Assembly (NCBI GenBank): GCA_964520965.1
Contig: CAZFPM010000002.1
Coordinates: 188-43,785, forward strand
DNA length: 43,598 nt
Source: an uncultured Myxococcales bacterium
GTDB taxonomy: Bacteria; Myxococcota_A; Bradymonadia; REDH01
Reading direction: 5' to 3'
In this document: one piece after another, positions 28,431 through 38,044 of the stretch
Layout of the letters: every line of letters starts with the position of its first letter
How positions within the stretch are numbered: the stretch's first letter is position 1
Notes under the pieces: model-generated
Database searches by the model: none
Seen by the model: the letters and a program-made list of their open reading frames with translations, nothing else
Told to the model about the DNA's origin: nothing
Translations under genes and position numbers: made by a program

Positions 28431-31040
28431 ATGAGCGCTCCCAACGGGACGAACATCCAGACGCTACTGGAAGAAGGTCTGGCGGCCCTCGACGCGGGAA
28501 AATACGAGACGGCGCTGGAATGCTGGAACGAGGTCCTGGCTCGCGATCCCGGGAATCAGCGTGCCAGCCGTCTCGTCGAGGAGCTGGGCTTGCTGATCCG
28601 AGACGACGGCGATGGCGCGATCCCCGAGGTGTCCGCTGGATTCGTCGTCGTCGTGGGTGACGACGACATCGAGCCGCTCGCGAGCGGTCCGGAGTCGGAA
28701 TCGCAACATGCGCTGGAGCGTCTGACCCGCCTGGCCGACGAGCAGGCGAAGGAGAACGACAAGCTCCGCAACTCCCTCGGCCAGCGCGAGCAGGATCTCC
28801 TCGTCCTGAAGGAACAGCAGCAGGCCCGGGAGCAGGAGCTCGTGGAGGCCCACGGGAAGACGGTCGAGCTCGAACGCCAGATAGGCGACCTTGGCGCGCG
28901 ACTCCGTGAGCTCGAGTCGCAGGGTCGGCAGCGTGAGCGCGAGACCGCAGATGTCGAACTGCGGCTGGCCGAGCGGAAGATGTTCGAGCGTCAGACTCTC
29001 GAGCAGATGAAGGAGGTCACCGACGAGCGCGACGCCCACTCCAAGGAGATCCGAGACCTCCGTGACGAGCTCGACGGGCTTCGCGCACAACACGAGCAGA
29101 CCTCTGCCGAAGCCGACCTCGCGCGCACCTCGCAGGAAGACCTGCGGAAGGAGCTGGAGGAGACCCGCGACACGCTCGCCTCGACGCAAGGCAAAGCGGA
29201 CGAGCTGAGCGAGGAACTGGCTGAGGCCAAGAAGGCCCACGACGAGACCCGCAATGCGTTCGCCGAGCTCGACGAGAACACGAAGAAACAGATCGCTGGT
29301 CTCGACGCGGAAGTCGCCGAACGAGGGACCCGAACCGAGTCGCTGACAGCCGAGCTCGAGGCGGTGCAGGAGACGCGCACGGCATCCGAACAGGAATGCG
29401 CGACACTCCGCGAGAAGCGAGAGGAGCTGGAGGCCGCGCTGACCGCCCGAGAGGCGGAGATCGAGCGCGTGGCGTCAGAGCTCGCCGAGACGGTCGAGAC
29501 GGTGCAGGGCCAACTCGAGGAGGCGCAAGAAGCGCTCCGCGAATCCCAGGAAGCCAGGGGCTCGCTGCGGTCGGAGATGGCGAAGGCCATCACCGAGTAC
29601 GAAGAGACCCACGAGAAGGCGGTCGAGCTCGAGGCGAAGCACGAAGCCGATGCGGCGACGCTGGCCGAGATCCGCGACGAACTCGAGCGAACCCGAGACG
29701 ATGCCGAGCTGGCCAAGACCCTGCAGGAGAACCTCGAAGCACGAGAGGTCGAGCTGGCGGAGCTGGCGGCCGCGCACGACGAGAACGTCAAGCGCACCGG
29801 CGAGCTCGAAGACCAGCTGCAGAAGGCCTTCGCGGAGCACGAGCAGGAGCTCGAAGAGGCCGGGGCGACTCGGGCGGCCGAGGTCGCGGAGCTGGCCAAG
29901 ACCCACACCGGGGAGGTCGAGTCCCTCGTCGAGCAGCTGTCGACCGCGCAGGCCGCGCAGGAAGAGCAACGAAAGGAGCTCGAAGCGCTCGCCGGCTTGC
30001 AGGCACGTGTGACCGAATTGGAGACCGAGCTCGCCGCCGAGGCGGCGCTCGCCGGTGAGCATGCCGCGGCCTTGGAGGAGGAGACGCAGGGGACGACCGA
30101 GCGGGAGCAGCGGATCGCGGAGCTCGAATCCCGGACCACCGAACTGTCCGCGCTCGCAGACAGCCGGTCCGAGGCCGTGGCAGACGCCGAGCGGACCGCG
30201 ACCGAGCGGGAGCAGCGGATCGCGGAGCTGGAGGCCGAGCTGTCGACCAACGCGAGTCGGGTCGCCGAGCTCGAGGCAGCCGCCGCAGCGGTCAGCGGGG
30301 ACGCTGCGGCCCATGAAACGCAGCGGCTCGAGAACGAAGACCTGCGCGCCCGACTCGTCGAAGCCACGGCGCTCTCCACCCGATACGAACAGCGCGAGGG
30401 CGGGCTCCAAGAGGAGATCGACTCGCTCAAGATCTCGTTGTCGGCCGCCGAAGGGCGTGCGCGCAACGCCGAAACGGAGACGGAAGAGCTTCGGGGACGC
30501 GCCGAGGCGCCGATCATCGACATGCGCGTGGAGTCTGATCAGACACCGGCGGTCGAGACCGCGTTGCCGTCGCCGTCCGCCGAGACGCCGACGGAGAACG
30601 TGGTGGTCTCGGGAGCGTTCCGTGTGGCCGAAGAGGAGGAAGCGCGTCAGGGCGCGCCTCCGCCTTCGCCTCCATCGTCTTCGGCGCCAGCCCCGCCCGC
30701 GCAGCCTCCGCCGATACCGGGGGCCCAGACAGCGCCTGCGCCCGATGCGGCCTCGGCCGAGAATTCCCCGGCCACCCGTCTGCGCGACGCTTCGCTCGCG
30801 TATACTGATCGTCTCAGCTGGCTCGTGGACGAGACGCCATCGCTCTCGGCGAAGCAGTTCGATCCGCATCAGGACATCAGTAGCCAGGCAGCGTTCGTGT
30901 TGCAGGTCGTCGACGGGAACGTTTCGTTGGCGGATATCATCGACATCGTCGGGTTGCCGACTGAGGAGACGTCCGAGATCCTCGTCGACCTCCTCGTGCG
31001 CAACATCATCACCACGCCCTCTCTCCAGGGCCGCCAGTGA
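28431..31040 (+). CDS. Large coiled-coil protein: N-terminal TPR-like motif, about 600-aa coiled coil, Pro-rich linker and small C-terminal domain
   Basis: EGLAALDAGKYETALECWNEVLARDPGNQRA is TPR-like; E/A/L/R-rich heptads follow; then PPPSPPSSSAPAPP and a C-terminal AFVLQVVDGNVSLADIIDIVGL (HTH-like). No ATPase motifs are visible. Confidence 0.75.
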   Translation: MSAPNGTNIQTLLEEGLAALDAGKYETALECWNEVLARDPGNQRASRLVEELGLLIRDDGDGAIPEVSAGFVVVVGDDDIEPLASGPESESQHALERLTRLADEQAKENDKLRNSLGQREQDLLVLKEQQQAREQELVEAHGKTVELERQIGDLGARLRELESQGRQRERETADVELRLAERKMFERQTLEQMKEVTDERDAHSKEIRDLRDELDGLRAQHEQTSAEADLARTSQEDLRKELEETRDTLASTQGKADELSEELAEAKKAHDETRNAFAELDENTKKQIAGLDAEVAERGTRTESLTAELEAVQETRTASEQECATLREKREELEAALTAREAEIERVASELAETVETVQGQLEEAQEALRESQEARGSLRSEMAKAITEYEETHEKAVELEAKHEADAATLAEIRDELERTRDDAELAKTLQENLEAREVELAELAAAHDENVKRTGELEDQLQKAFAEHEQELEEAGATRAAEVAELAKTHTGEVESLVEQLSTAQAAQEEQRKELEALAGLQARVTELETELAAEAALAGEHAAALEEETQGTTEREQRIAELESRTTELSALADSRSEAVADAERTATEREQRIAELEAELSTNASRVAELEAAAAAVSGDAAAHETQRLENEDLRARLVEATALSTRYEQREGGLQEEIDSLKISLSAAEGRARNAETETEELRGRAEAPIIDMRVESDQTPAVETALPSPSAETPTENVVVSGAFRVAEEEEARQGAPPPSPPSSSAPAPPAQPPPIPGAQTAPAPDAASAENSPATRLRDASLAYTDRLSWLVDETPSLSAKQFDPHQDISSQAAFVLQVVDGNVSLADIIDIVGLPTEETSEILVDLLVRNIITTPSLQGRQ
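30094..30229 (+). repeat. Exact 31-bp direct repeat within the coiled-coil gene
   Basis: CGACCGAGCGGGAGCAGCGGATCGCGGAGCT occurs at 30094-30124 and 30199-30229 (TEREQRIAEL twice), with a period of 105 bp. Confidence 0.9.
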
Positions 31041-33961
31041 CGGAAGCGGGCCGGGGGATCGCCGATCGCGGTGTCCTGCTCCTGCTCGGTGTCTGTGTCG
31101 TGGCCGGAGGGGCGGCCGGGCTCGTGTACGAGATCGTCTGGGCGAGGATGCTCGGTGTCTTTCTCGGGGCCTCCGCGCCCGCGCACGCCATCGTGCTCGC
31201 CGGGTTCCTCGGCGGGCTGGCGCTTGGGAACTTCGTGTTCGGCCGAGTCGTCGACCGCCGCCCGGAGCGCGCGCTCGCCGTCTACGCGGCGTTGGAAGCC
31301 GTGGTCGGCGTGTGGGGGCTTCTATCGCCGGAGCTCTTCGCCGCGATGTCCGGAGCCTATGAAAGCGCGACCGCCGGCGTCTCGCTCGAGGCGTCGCTCT
31401 TCCCTGCCAAGCTCGCGTGTTCACTGGGGTTCGTCGTCGTACCCGCGGCGGCGATGGGGGGGACATTGCCGGCACTCGCCCGCGCGGTCGTCCGCCAGCT
31501 CCGAGACCTGGGCCCCTATGTCGCGCGTCTCTATCTGGCCAATACGGCGGGGGCTACGGTCGGCGCCTTCGCGACCGGGCTGATCTTCCTCCCGGCGGTC
31601 GGCGGGGTGGCGACGGTCCGCTGGACCGCGATCGTCAACCTGTCGATCGCAATCGCACTGGGCCTGGTCTGGCTCCGGAGCCGGGCTCCCGTCGAGCATT
31701 CGGAGTCTACCGCGGTCGCGCCACCGCAAGGACGCCGGTCGGCGACCCTTCTGGCGGTCGCCGCGTTGGTGGGGTGGGCGTCGTTGACCATGGAGGTCGC
31801 CTGGACCCGCGTCTTTGCAATGGTGTTCGGGAGCTCGGCGCAGGCATTCACACTGATGCTGACCGTCTTTCTCGCCGGCATCGCGCTGGGCTCGCTGCTC
31901 GTGCCGCCGCTGCTCCGGCGATGGGGCGGGCGCGGATCCGACGTGACCGTCCTCGCGCTCTTGCTCGCGGCCGCCGCGCTCGTCCTTGTCGTCCAGATCC
32001 CGCTATACGAGCACCTGCCCTACCGGCAGTTCGCGATCGCCCAGGCCCTCGAGCGCGCCCCACACGTCTACCCGCTCTACCTCGGGTGTCAGAGCGTGCT
32101 CGCGTTCGCGTGGATGTTGCCACTCACGATCGCCACGGGCGCGGCCCTGCCGATCGTGGTGCATTGCTACACGGAGCGCGTGGAGTCGGTCGGCGGGGGT
32201 GTCGGCGCCGTGTTTGCGAGCAATACGGCGGGTAATGTCGTCGGGCCTCTCGTGGCGACGTTTCTGCTCTTTCCTTCGTTCGGTCTGCGCGGAGCCGTAG
32301 GGGGCGCCGCCCTCGGGCTCGTCGCCGCCGCCGCCGCGTGTCTCCGCCTGTCCGGCCGGCGTACGCCGATCATCGTGGCATTGCTGGCTGCGACGACCGT
32401 CGGCTCGCTGACCCTGCCTGGTTGGGACCCGTCGGTCATGCACGCTGGCGGCTTCCGCCGGTGGACCCTGGCGGCCGGGTCGTCCTACGGGGAGTTTCAG
32501 GACGTACGAGACCGGGTCGGAGTGCTCTTCTCGCACGACGGCGCTGCTGACTCGGTCGTCGTCGTCGAGAGTCGTGACGGCTTCCGGTTCATGAAGGTCA
32601 ACGGCAAGACCGACGCTTCGGACGAAGAGGATCTGCCTACCCAGAGAATGGTCGCGCACGTGCCTCTCCTGCTGCACAGAGCTGCGTCGGTCGGCGTCGA
32701 ACCACGGGTCTTCGTCGTCGGAGTCGGAAGCGGTGTCACGGTCGGCTCGGCGGCGCTGCACACCGGCGCCGCTGTCGTCGCGGCCGAGATCAGCGAGGGC
32801 GTTCTCGCCGCCAGCCGCTACTTCGACCACGTGAACAACGGCTATCACGCGCTCCCCAACGTCACCATCTACCAAGGAGATGCACGCGAGCTCCTCGCCC
32901 GCAGCGCCGGCGGCTGGGACGTGATCATCAACCAACCGAGCAACCCCTGGATCGCCGGCAACGCCGCCCTCTTCTCCCGCGAGTTCTTCGTCATGGCGCG
33001 CGGCAGGCTCGCCCCGGGCGGGATCATGGCGCAGTGGATGCACGTCTACGCCATGGACGACGCTTCGGTCGACATCGTGATGGAGACATTCGCCAGCGTC
33101 TTTCCCCACGTGACCGTCTGGTGGCCGCAGGGCGTCGACCTGTTGCTGGCCGGCAGCGAGGAGCCGCTCGTGCTCGACCTCGACGAGCTGCGTGCCGGGC
33201 TTGCCCAGCCCTGGCTGCGCGAGGAGATGGCCGGATACGAGCGTGAGGGCGTGCGGGTTACCAACGTGGGGCGTCTCCTCGCTCTCCAGGTCCTCTCCGA
33301 CGCCGGCTTCCGCGAGGCGTGGACCGGCGCCCCCCCCTTCACGACCGACCTGTGGCCTACGCTCGAATACCGAGCGCCGCTGTCCCAATTCGTCGGCGGG
33401 CGCAGTGAACGCTTCGTCGATGTCGACGAGCGACTGCACCCGGAGCCCGGCGGGGGGCTATACCTCTTCGACATGCTCGCCGAGGTCGATGTCCACGATC
33501 TGCTCCGCTTCTTCTCGGAGCGAGACACGCCGTTCTCGCAGCGCATCGCCGGATCGCTCGTTCATGCAGCGCACGGGACCCGCCCCGACGCCGATGCGTT
33601 CGTACCGGTCGTCCGGCGGGCGACGGGACTGCCGGTGATTCTCGATGCGTGGGCCGAGCAGATGGTGGTCGACGCACCGAGCGCGGACACGTGTCGCGAA
33701 TTCGTGGAGGTGGCGACGGCGACGTATCCGGCGCGCGCCACGCGCTTCTACCGGCCAGAGCTCGCGGAGGCCTACGAAGCCCTGTCCAGCTGCGCGGAGC
33801 TCCACCCCGAGCTCGCCGTCTACCTGCGCGGAAGATGGGTAGAAATCCTGGCAGGGTGCGGCTGGACCGAACGGGCACGCGCCGAGATCGACGCCCTGCT
33901 CGCCCTGCCCCTTCCCGCGGAGTCGGTCGAAGCGCTGGAGGCTCTGCGGAGCGAGCTGTAG
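31037..33961 (+). CDS. Fused MFS-like membrane domain / spermidine synthase-like SAM-binding protein
   Basis: Duplicated TM modules (YEIVWARML / MEVAWTRVF, LYLANTAG / FASNTAG); VGVGSGVT, AEIS, GDARE, WDVIINQPSNPW and LFSREFF. GTGA overlap with the upstream gene. Confidence 0.88.
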   Translation: MTEAGRGIADRGVLLLLGVCVVAGGAAGLVYEIVWARMLGVFLGASAPAHAIVLAGFLGGLALGNFVFGRVVDRRPERALAVYAALEAVVGVWGLLSPELFAAMSGAYESATAGVSLEASLFPAKLACSLGFVVVPAAAMGGTLPALARAVVRQLRDLGPYVARLYLANTAGATVGAFATGLIFLPAVGGVATVRWTAIVNLSIAIALGLVWLRSRAPVEHSESTAVAPPQGRRSATLLAVAALVGWASLTMEVAWTRVFAMVFGSSAQAFTLMLTVFLAGIALGSLLVPPLLRRWGGRGSDVTVLALLLAAAALVLVVQIPLYEHLPYRQFAIAQALERAPHVYPLYLGCQSVLAFAWMLPLTIATGAALPIVVHCYTERVESVGGGVGAVFASNTAGNVVGPLVATFLLFPSFGLRGAVGGAALGLVAAAAACLRLSGRRTPIIVALLAATTVGSLTLPGWDPSVMHAGGFRRWTLAAGSSYGEFQDVRDRVGVLFSHDGAADSVVVVESRDGFRFMKVNGKTDASDEEDLPTQRMVAHVPLLLHRAASVGVEPRVFVVGVGSGVTVGSAALHTGAAVVAAEISEGVLAASRYFDHVNNGYHALPNVTIYQGDARELLARSAGGWDVIINQPSNPWIAGNAALFSREFFVMARGRLAPGGIMAQWMHVYAMDDASVDIVMETFASVFPHVTVWWPQGVDLLLAGSEEPLVLDLDELRAGLAQPWLREEMAGYEREGVRVTNVGRLLALQVLSDAGFREAWTGAPPFTTDLWPTLEYRAPLSQFVGGRSERFVDVDERLHPEPGGGLYLFDMLAEVDVHDLLRFFSERDTPFSQRIAGSLVHAAHGTRPDADAFVPVVRRATGLPVILDAWAEQMVVDAPSADTCREFVEVATATYPARATRFYRPELAEAYEALSSCAELHPELAVYLRGRWVEILAGCGWTERARAEIDALLALPLPAESVEALEALRSEL

Positions 33962-34037
33962 CGCTCGTCCACACGGGTCGCCTCCCGGCGCGTCATACGG
34001 GGCGCCATCGAGCGAGCTGACTCAGTGAAGGACCGTA

Positions 34038-34445
34038 TCAGTCGAGGCCGCCGTCTGGCCCTTCGAGGCGTCGGATCATCGGCAGGTCGGCCGGCGCCCA
34101 CTCGACCGACCGGAGCCCTTGTCGGTCGAGCCAACGGAGCTCGCAGTGCTCCCGCGCATGCGGCTCACCGTGCGCGATCTCGCAGCGGTAGCAGACCAGC
34201 TCGATCACGATGTCGTCGTAGGCGTGGATGTCTCTCCCGAGCGCTCTCCCGACCGTAATCTCGACGTCGAGCTCCTCGGCGATCTCCCGGCGGAGCGCCT
34301 GCCGGTCGACCTCGTCATCTTCGACCTTCCCACCCGGAAGCTCCCACAATCCTCCGCGGCTCGCGGTCGGTGAACGGCGGGCGGCGAGAAGGCGTCCGTC
34401 GCGGATCACGACCGCGGCGACGACCCGGACGGGAGGCCCGTTCAG
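34038..34445 (-). CDS. Nudix hydrolase, MutT/NudG-like (d)NTP pyrophosphohydrolase
   Basis: WELPGGKVEDDEVDRQALRREIAEELD Nudix box and WAPAD. The start is uncertain (GTG 34409 or CTG 34445). Confidence 0.88.
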   Translation of the reverse strand: MNGPPVRVVAAVVIRDGRLLAARRSPTASRGGLWELPGGKVEDDEVDRQALRREIAEELDVEITVGRALGRDIHAYDDIVIELVCYRCEIAHGEPHAREHCELRWLDRQGLRSVEWAPADLPMIRRLEGPDGGLD

Positions 34446-35533
34446 TTTGTCTTGGCCGCCTTCTTCCGGCGGCGCTCGACGGCCCGGGAGACGCGCTTCA
34501 TGGTCCGCTCGAGCCCCATGGCCTTGCGCACCTCGCGCATGGTCTCGCGAGCGATTTCCCGCATTTGCGCGGTACCCTCGAAGAGGACCTCGTCGACGAG
34601 TCCGGCCTGGCCTTCGTAGTGGGTGCGGCGCTCGCGCATCGGGTCCATGAACGCGTTGAGGGCGCGGGTCAGCTTCTCCTTCACCTCTCCGTCACCCACC
34701 GTTCCGGCCCGGTAGCGCTCCTTGAGGTCGTCGACCTGTTGGACGTCGGGGTTGAAGAGGTCGTGGTAGACGAAGACCGGGTTGCCTTCGACCGTGCCCG
34801 GGATATGAGCGTGGACGCGGTTCGGGTCGGTGTACATCGAGCGCACGCGCTTCGCGACGGTCTTCTCGTCGTCCGACAGCATGATCGCGTTGCCGAGCGA
34901 CTTCGACATCTTGCTCTTGCCGTCGGTCCCGACGAGCGTCGGGACGTCGCCCACGAGTGGGTCGGGGAGAGGGAAGACCTCGCCGTAGAGCGTGTTGAAA
35001 CGCCGAGCGATCTCTCTCGTGATCTCGATGTTCGCGAGGTTGTCCTTGCCCACGGGGACGAGGTGGGCGCGCGGCAACAAGATGTCTGCCGCCTGCAGCA
35101 CCGGGTAGCCGAGGAGCCCGTACGGGATGGACTCGTCGTCGATGTTCGCGGCGCGGGCCATGTCCTTCAGGTTGGGCAGGCGCGCGAGTCGGTTCACGGT
35201 CGCGAGGTTCTGAAAGAGCGTGTTGAGTTCGTAGACCTCCGGTATCGCCGATTGCAGGTAGATGGTGGTCTTCTCGGGGTCGACACCCGCTGCCAGGTAG
35301 TCGAGGAGGATGTCCCGCGAATTCGCCGTCACCTGCTCGATGTCCGAAGCCGTGGCCTTCGTCGTCAGCATGTGAAGGTCGGCGATCAGGATGATGGTCT
35401 CGTACTCGTCCTGTAGCCGAACCCGGTTCTGAAGGCTGCCCACGAGGTGGCCGAGGTGGAGCTTCCCGGTCGGCCGATCGCCGGTCAGGATCCGCTTGCG
35501 GCCTTCCGCCGGGGCAAGGGTGGATTCGCTCAT
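34442..35533 (-). CDS. trpS: Tryptophanyl-tRNA synthetase
   Basis: TGDRPTGKLHLGH (HIGH), YPVLQAADI, VPVGKD and KMSKS. Confidence 0.96.
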   Translation of the reverse strand: MSESTLAPAEGRKRILTGDRPTGKLHLGHLVGSLQNRVRLQDEYETIILIADLHMLTTKATASDIEQVTANSRDILLDYLAAGVDPEKTTIYLQSAIPEVYELNTLFQNLATVNRLARLPNLKDMARAANIDDESIPYGLLGYPVLQAADILLPRAHLVPVGKDNLANIEITREIARRFNTLYGEVFPLPDPLVGDVPTLVGTDGKSKMSKSLGNAIMLSDDEKTVAKRVRSMYTDPNRVHAHIPGTVEGNPVFVYHDLFNPDVQQVDDLKERYRAGTVGDGEVKEKLTRALNAFMDPMRERRTHYEGQAGLVDEVLFEGTAQMREIARETMREVRKAMGLERTMKRVSRAVERRRKKAAKTN

Positions 35534-35536
35534 CGT

Positions 35537-36496
35537 TCAGATCTCGCGGGCAAAGAGGCGACCGATGCGGGCGACGACCTCGTCGTCGAGCTCGATCGTG
35601 GCTGCGGAGAGATTCGCTCTGACCTGCTCGGGTCGCGTCGCACCGGTGATCACGCTGGTGATCCCGGGTCGTCGGAGGAGCCAGGCGAGGGCGAGCGATC
35701 CGACCTCGACGCCGAGGTCGGCCGCAATGGCCGTCAGCTCGCGCACGCGCGCGAGATTGGCTTCCGTCAGGGTGTTGTCGAGCCATTGCGTCGTCGACCC
35801 GCGGCTCCCTTCCGGGACCCCGCCGTCGTACTTCCCCGTCAACAGGCCCTGCGCGAGTGGACTCCAACAGACCAGCCCCATCCCCAGGTCGCGCACAGCG
35901 GGCAGGACTTCGTCTTCGATCGAGCGGTCGACGAGGTTGTACCGGGGCTGCTCGACGATGGGCAGCACCCAACCCCGACGCTCACAGAGATCGGTCACCT
36001 CGGTCAGCTGTGCGGCGGTCCAGACGCTGGTGCCCCAGTAGAGCACCTTGCCCTTCGCGACGAGGTCGTTCATCGCGCAGGCCGTCTCGGCGAGCGGCGT
36101 ATCGGGGTCGAAGCGGTGGCAGAAGTAGATGTCGAGGTAGTCGGTGTGCAGTCGGCGCAACGACTTGTCGACGCTCTCGAAGAGATGTTTCCGCGACAGC
36201 CCCTGGTCGTTGGGGTCGTCACTCATCGGCCAGAACGCCTTGCTCGAGATGACGAGGTCGCTTCGCTGATTCCCCGGCGTCGCACAGTAGCGCTCGAGGA
36301 AACGGCCGGCCGCGCTCTCGGCCGCGCCGAAGGCGTAGATGTCGGCGAGGTCGATGAAGTTGACGCCGCCCTCGACCGCCGCCTCGAGGATCTCGGCCGA
36401 CGCGTCGTGATCGACGCTGGCGCCGAGGGTCAACCAACCGCCGACGGAGACCGCACTGACGCGTAGCCCCGAGCGTCCGACTCTCCTGTACTCCAT
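35537..36496 (-). CDS. Aldo/keto reductase (Kv-beta-like)
   Basis: MEYRRVGRSGLRVS, FIDLADIY, ISSK, YLDIYFCHRFD, YWGTS and WSPLAQGLLTGKY; RBS GGAGGAG. Confidence 0.93.
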   Translation of the reverse strand: MEYRRVGRSGLRVSAVSVGGWLTLGASVDHDASAEILEAAVEGGVNFIDLADIYAFGAAESAAGRFLERYCATPGNQRSDLVISSKAFWPMSDDPNDQGLSRKHLFESVDKSLRRLHTDYLDIYFCHRFDPDTPLAETACAMNDLVAKGKVLYWGTSVWTAAQLTEVTDLCERRGWVLPIVEQPRYNLVDRSIEDEVLPAVRDLGMGLVCWSPLAQGLLTGKYDGGVPEGSRGSTTQWLDNTLTEANLARVRELTAIAADLGVEVGSLALAWLLRRPGITSVITGATRPEQVRANLSAATIELDDEVVARIGRLFAREI

Positions 36497-36649
36497 CACT
36501 CTCCTCCGCTCGTCCCAGGGGGCGCAATCTGCCACGCGAGTCGTGGTCTGTGAAGGGCATCGCCCGGTCGCTTGTCCTGCACCCACACCGGTGGTACCTG
36601 GGCTCGCGGAGGGCGTCGTTGCTGCCGCCCCGTGCTGCGAGATGCGGCG

Positions 36650-38044
36650 ATGTGCGGAGTCATCGGTATCTTCGGGTCCCCGACGCGGGACGTCTTTCCG
36701 GAAGCCGCACACGGCCTCTTCCAGATGCAGCACCGTGGCCAGGAAGCCTGCGGGCTCGCCATCAGCGACGGCCGCCGCATCAGGCTCCACAAGGACATCG
36801 GGTACGTGCGTCGGGTCTTCGCCGCGCGACCGACCGACGACTTTGCCGGTCACGTCGCCTGCGGCCACGTTCGCTACCCGACCCAGGGCACCAACCGAAT
36901 CCGGAACGCTCAGCCGCACCTGCTGACGACCCTCGAAGGGACCGTGCTCGCGCTGGCCTCCAACGGCGACCTGACGAACTACCACGCCGTGAGGGCCACC
37001 CTGGAGCAGAAGGGGGTCGACTTCGTCGGCACGAATGACGCCGAGTTGCTCCTCAACGTGATCGCCTACGGCCACCTGCGCGAAGGTCTGAGCCTCGTCG
37101 AGGCGATCCGCGAGATGCAGCGTGTCGTCCACGGCGCCTACAGCGCAGCGTTGATCACGCGGGACCGCCTCTTCGCGATTCGGGACCCGTTCGCGCTTCG
37201 ACCGTTGTGCTTCGGTGGAGACCATAAGCTCTGGGTCGTCGCCAGCGAGACCAACGCGCTCGACACGAACCAGGTGGATCTGATCGACGAGGTCGAGCCC
37301 GGCGAGATCATCGAGATCGACGCGCAGGGTGTCCATCGCCACCCCCACCCGGATCCGGTTGGCGCCCGCAACGGCCGCGAGCACGCTGCCCACTGCGTGT
37401 TCGAGCACGTCTACTTCAGCCGTCCGGATTCGATCGCGTTCGGGCAGCGGGTGTACGACGTGAGGAAACGAATCGGCGCCTGGCTCGCCGCAGACGATCC
37501 GATCGTCGGCGACGTGGTCGTTCCGGTGCCGGACTCGTCCAACGCGATGGCGCTCGGGTACGCGCAGAAGTCCGTGATCTCGTTCGAGTTCGCGCTCATC
37601 AGGAACCACTACGTCGGCCGCACCTTCATCAGCCCCGACCAGGCGCTTCGGGACGATGGCGTGCGCCGCAAGTTCAATCCGATTCGGAGCCTGTTCAAGG
37701 ACAAGCGCGTGATCCTCGTCGACGACTCGATCGTCCGGGGAACGACCCTACGCAAGATCGTGCGCATGGTTCGAAGCCAGGGCGCGGCCGAGATCCACCT
37801 CCGAATCGGCAGCCCGGTGACGCGCCACTCCTGCTTCTACGGTGTCGACACGCCGACGTCGGACGAGCTGATCGGCGCGGCCCTCGATGTCGACGGAATA
37901 CGGGAGCACATCACGGCCGATACGCTGCGCTACATCTCGCTCGACGGGCTGTCCGAATGCGTCGGCGACGTGGGCAACTACTGCCGCGCGTGCTTCGACG
38001 GCAGCTACCCGGTGCCGGTCACGGAGTCGAAACGGTCGGAGTGA
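36650..38044 (+). CDS. purF: Amidophosphoribosyltransferase (Fe-S type)
   Basis: N-terminal MCGVIG, QHRGQE, GHVRY, CVFEHVYFSRPDS and VDDSIVRGTT; Fe-S cysteines in CFYG and YCRAC. Confidence 0.97.
   Translation: MCGVIGIFGSPTRDVFPEAAHGLFQMQHRGQEACGLAISDGRRIRLHKDIGYVRRVFAARPTDDFAGHVACGHVRYPTQGTNRIRNAQPHLLTTLEGTVLALASNGDLTNYHAVRATLEQKGVDFVGTNDAELLLNVIAYGHLREGLSLVEAIREMQRVVHGAYSAALITRDRLFAIRDPFALRPLCFGGDHKLWVVASETNALDTNQVDLIDEVEPGEIIEIDAQGVHRHPHPDPVGARNGREHAAHCVFEHVYFSRPDSIAFGQRVYDVRKRIGAWLAADDPIVGDVVVPVPDSSNAMALGYAQKSVISFEFALIRNHYVGRTFISPDQALRDDGVRRKFNPIRSLFKDKRVILVDDSIVRGTTLRKIVRMVRSQGAAEIHLRIGSPVTRHSCFYGVDTPTSDELIGAALDVDGIREHITADTLRYISLDGLSECVGDVGNYCRACFDGSYPVPVTESKRSE

Noticed and set aside
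28431-31040. SMC/condensin near parS
   Set aside because: No Walker A/B, signature motif or hinge domain is visible.
4536-37609. Many long antisense or alternate-frame ORFs (e.g. 4536-6155, 6336-8714, 9581-11137, 22261-24063, 29475-31475) and N-terminal extensions of ssb, aroC, luxC and the AKR
   Set aside because: These are motif-free shadow ORFs expected at high GC, and they overlap well-supported genes.
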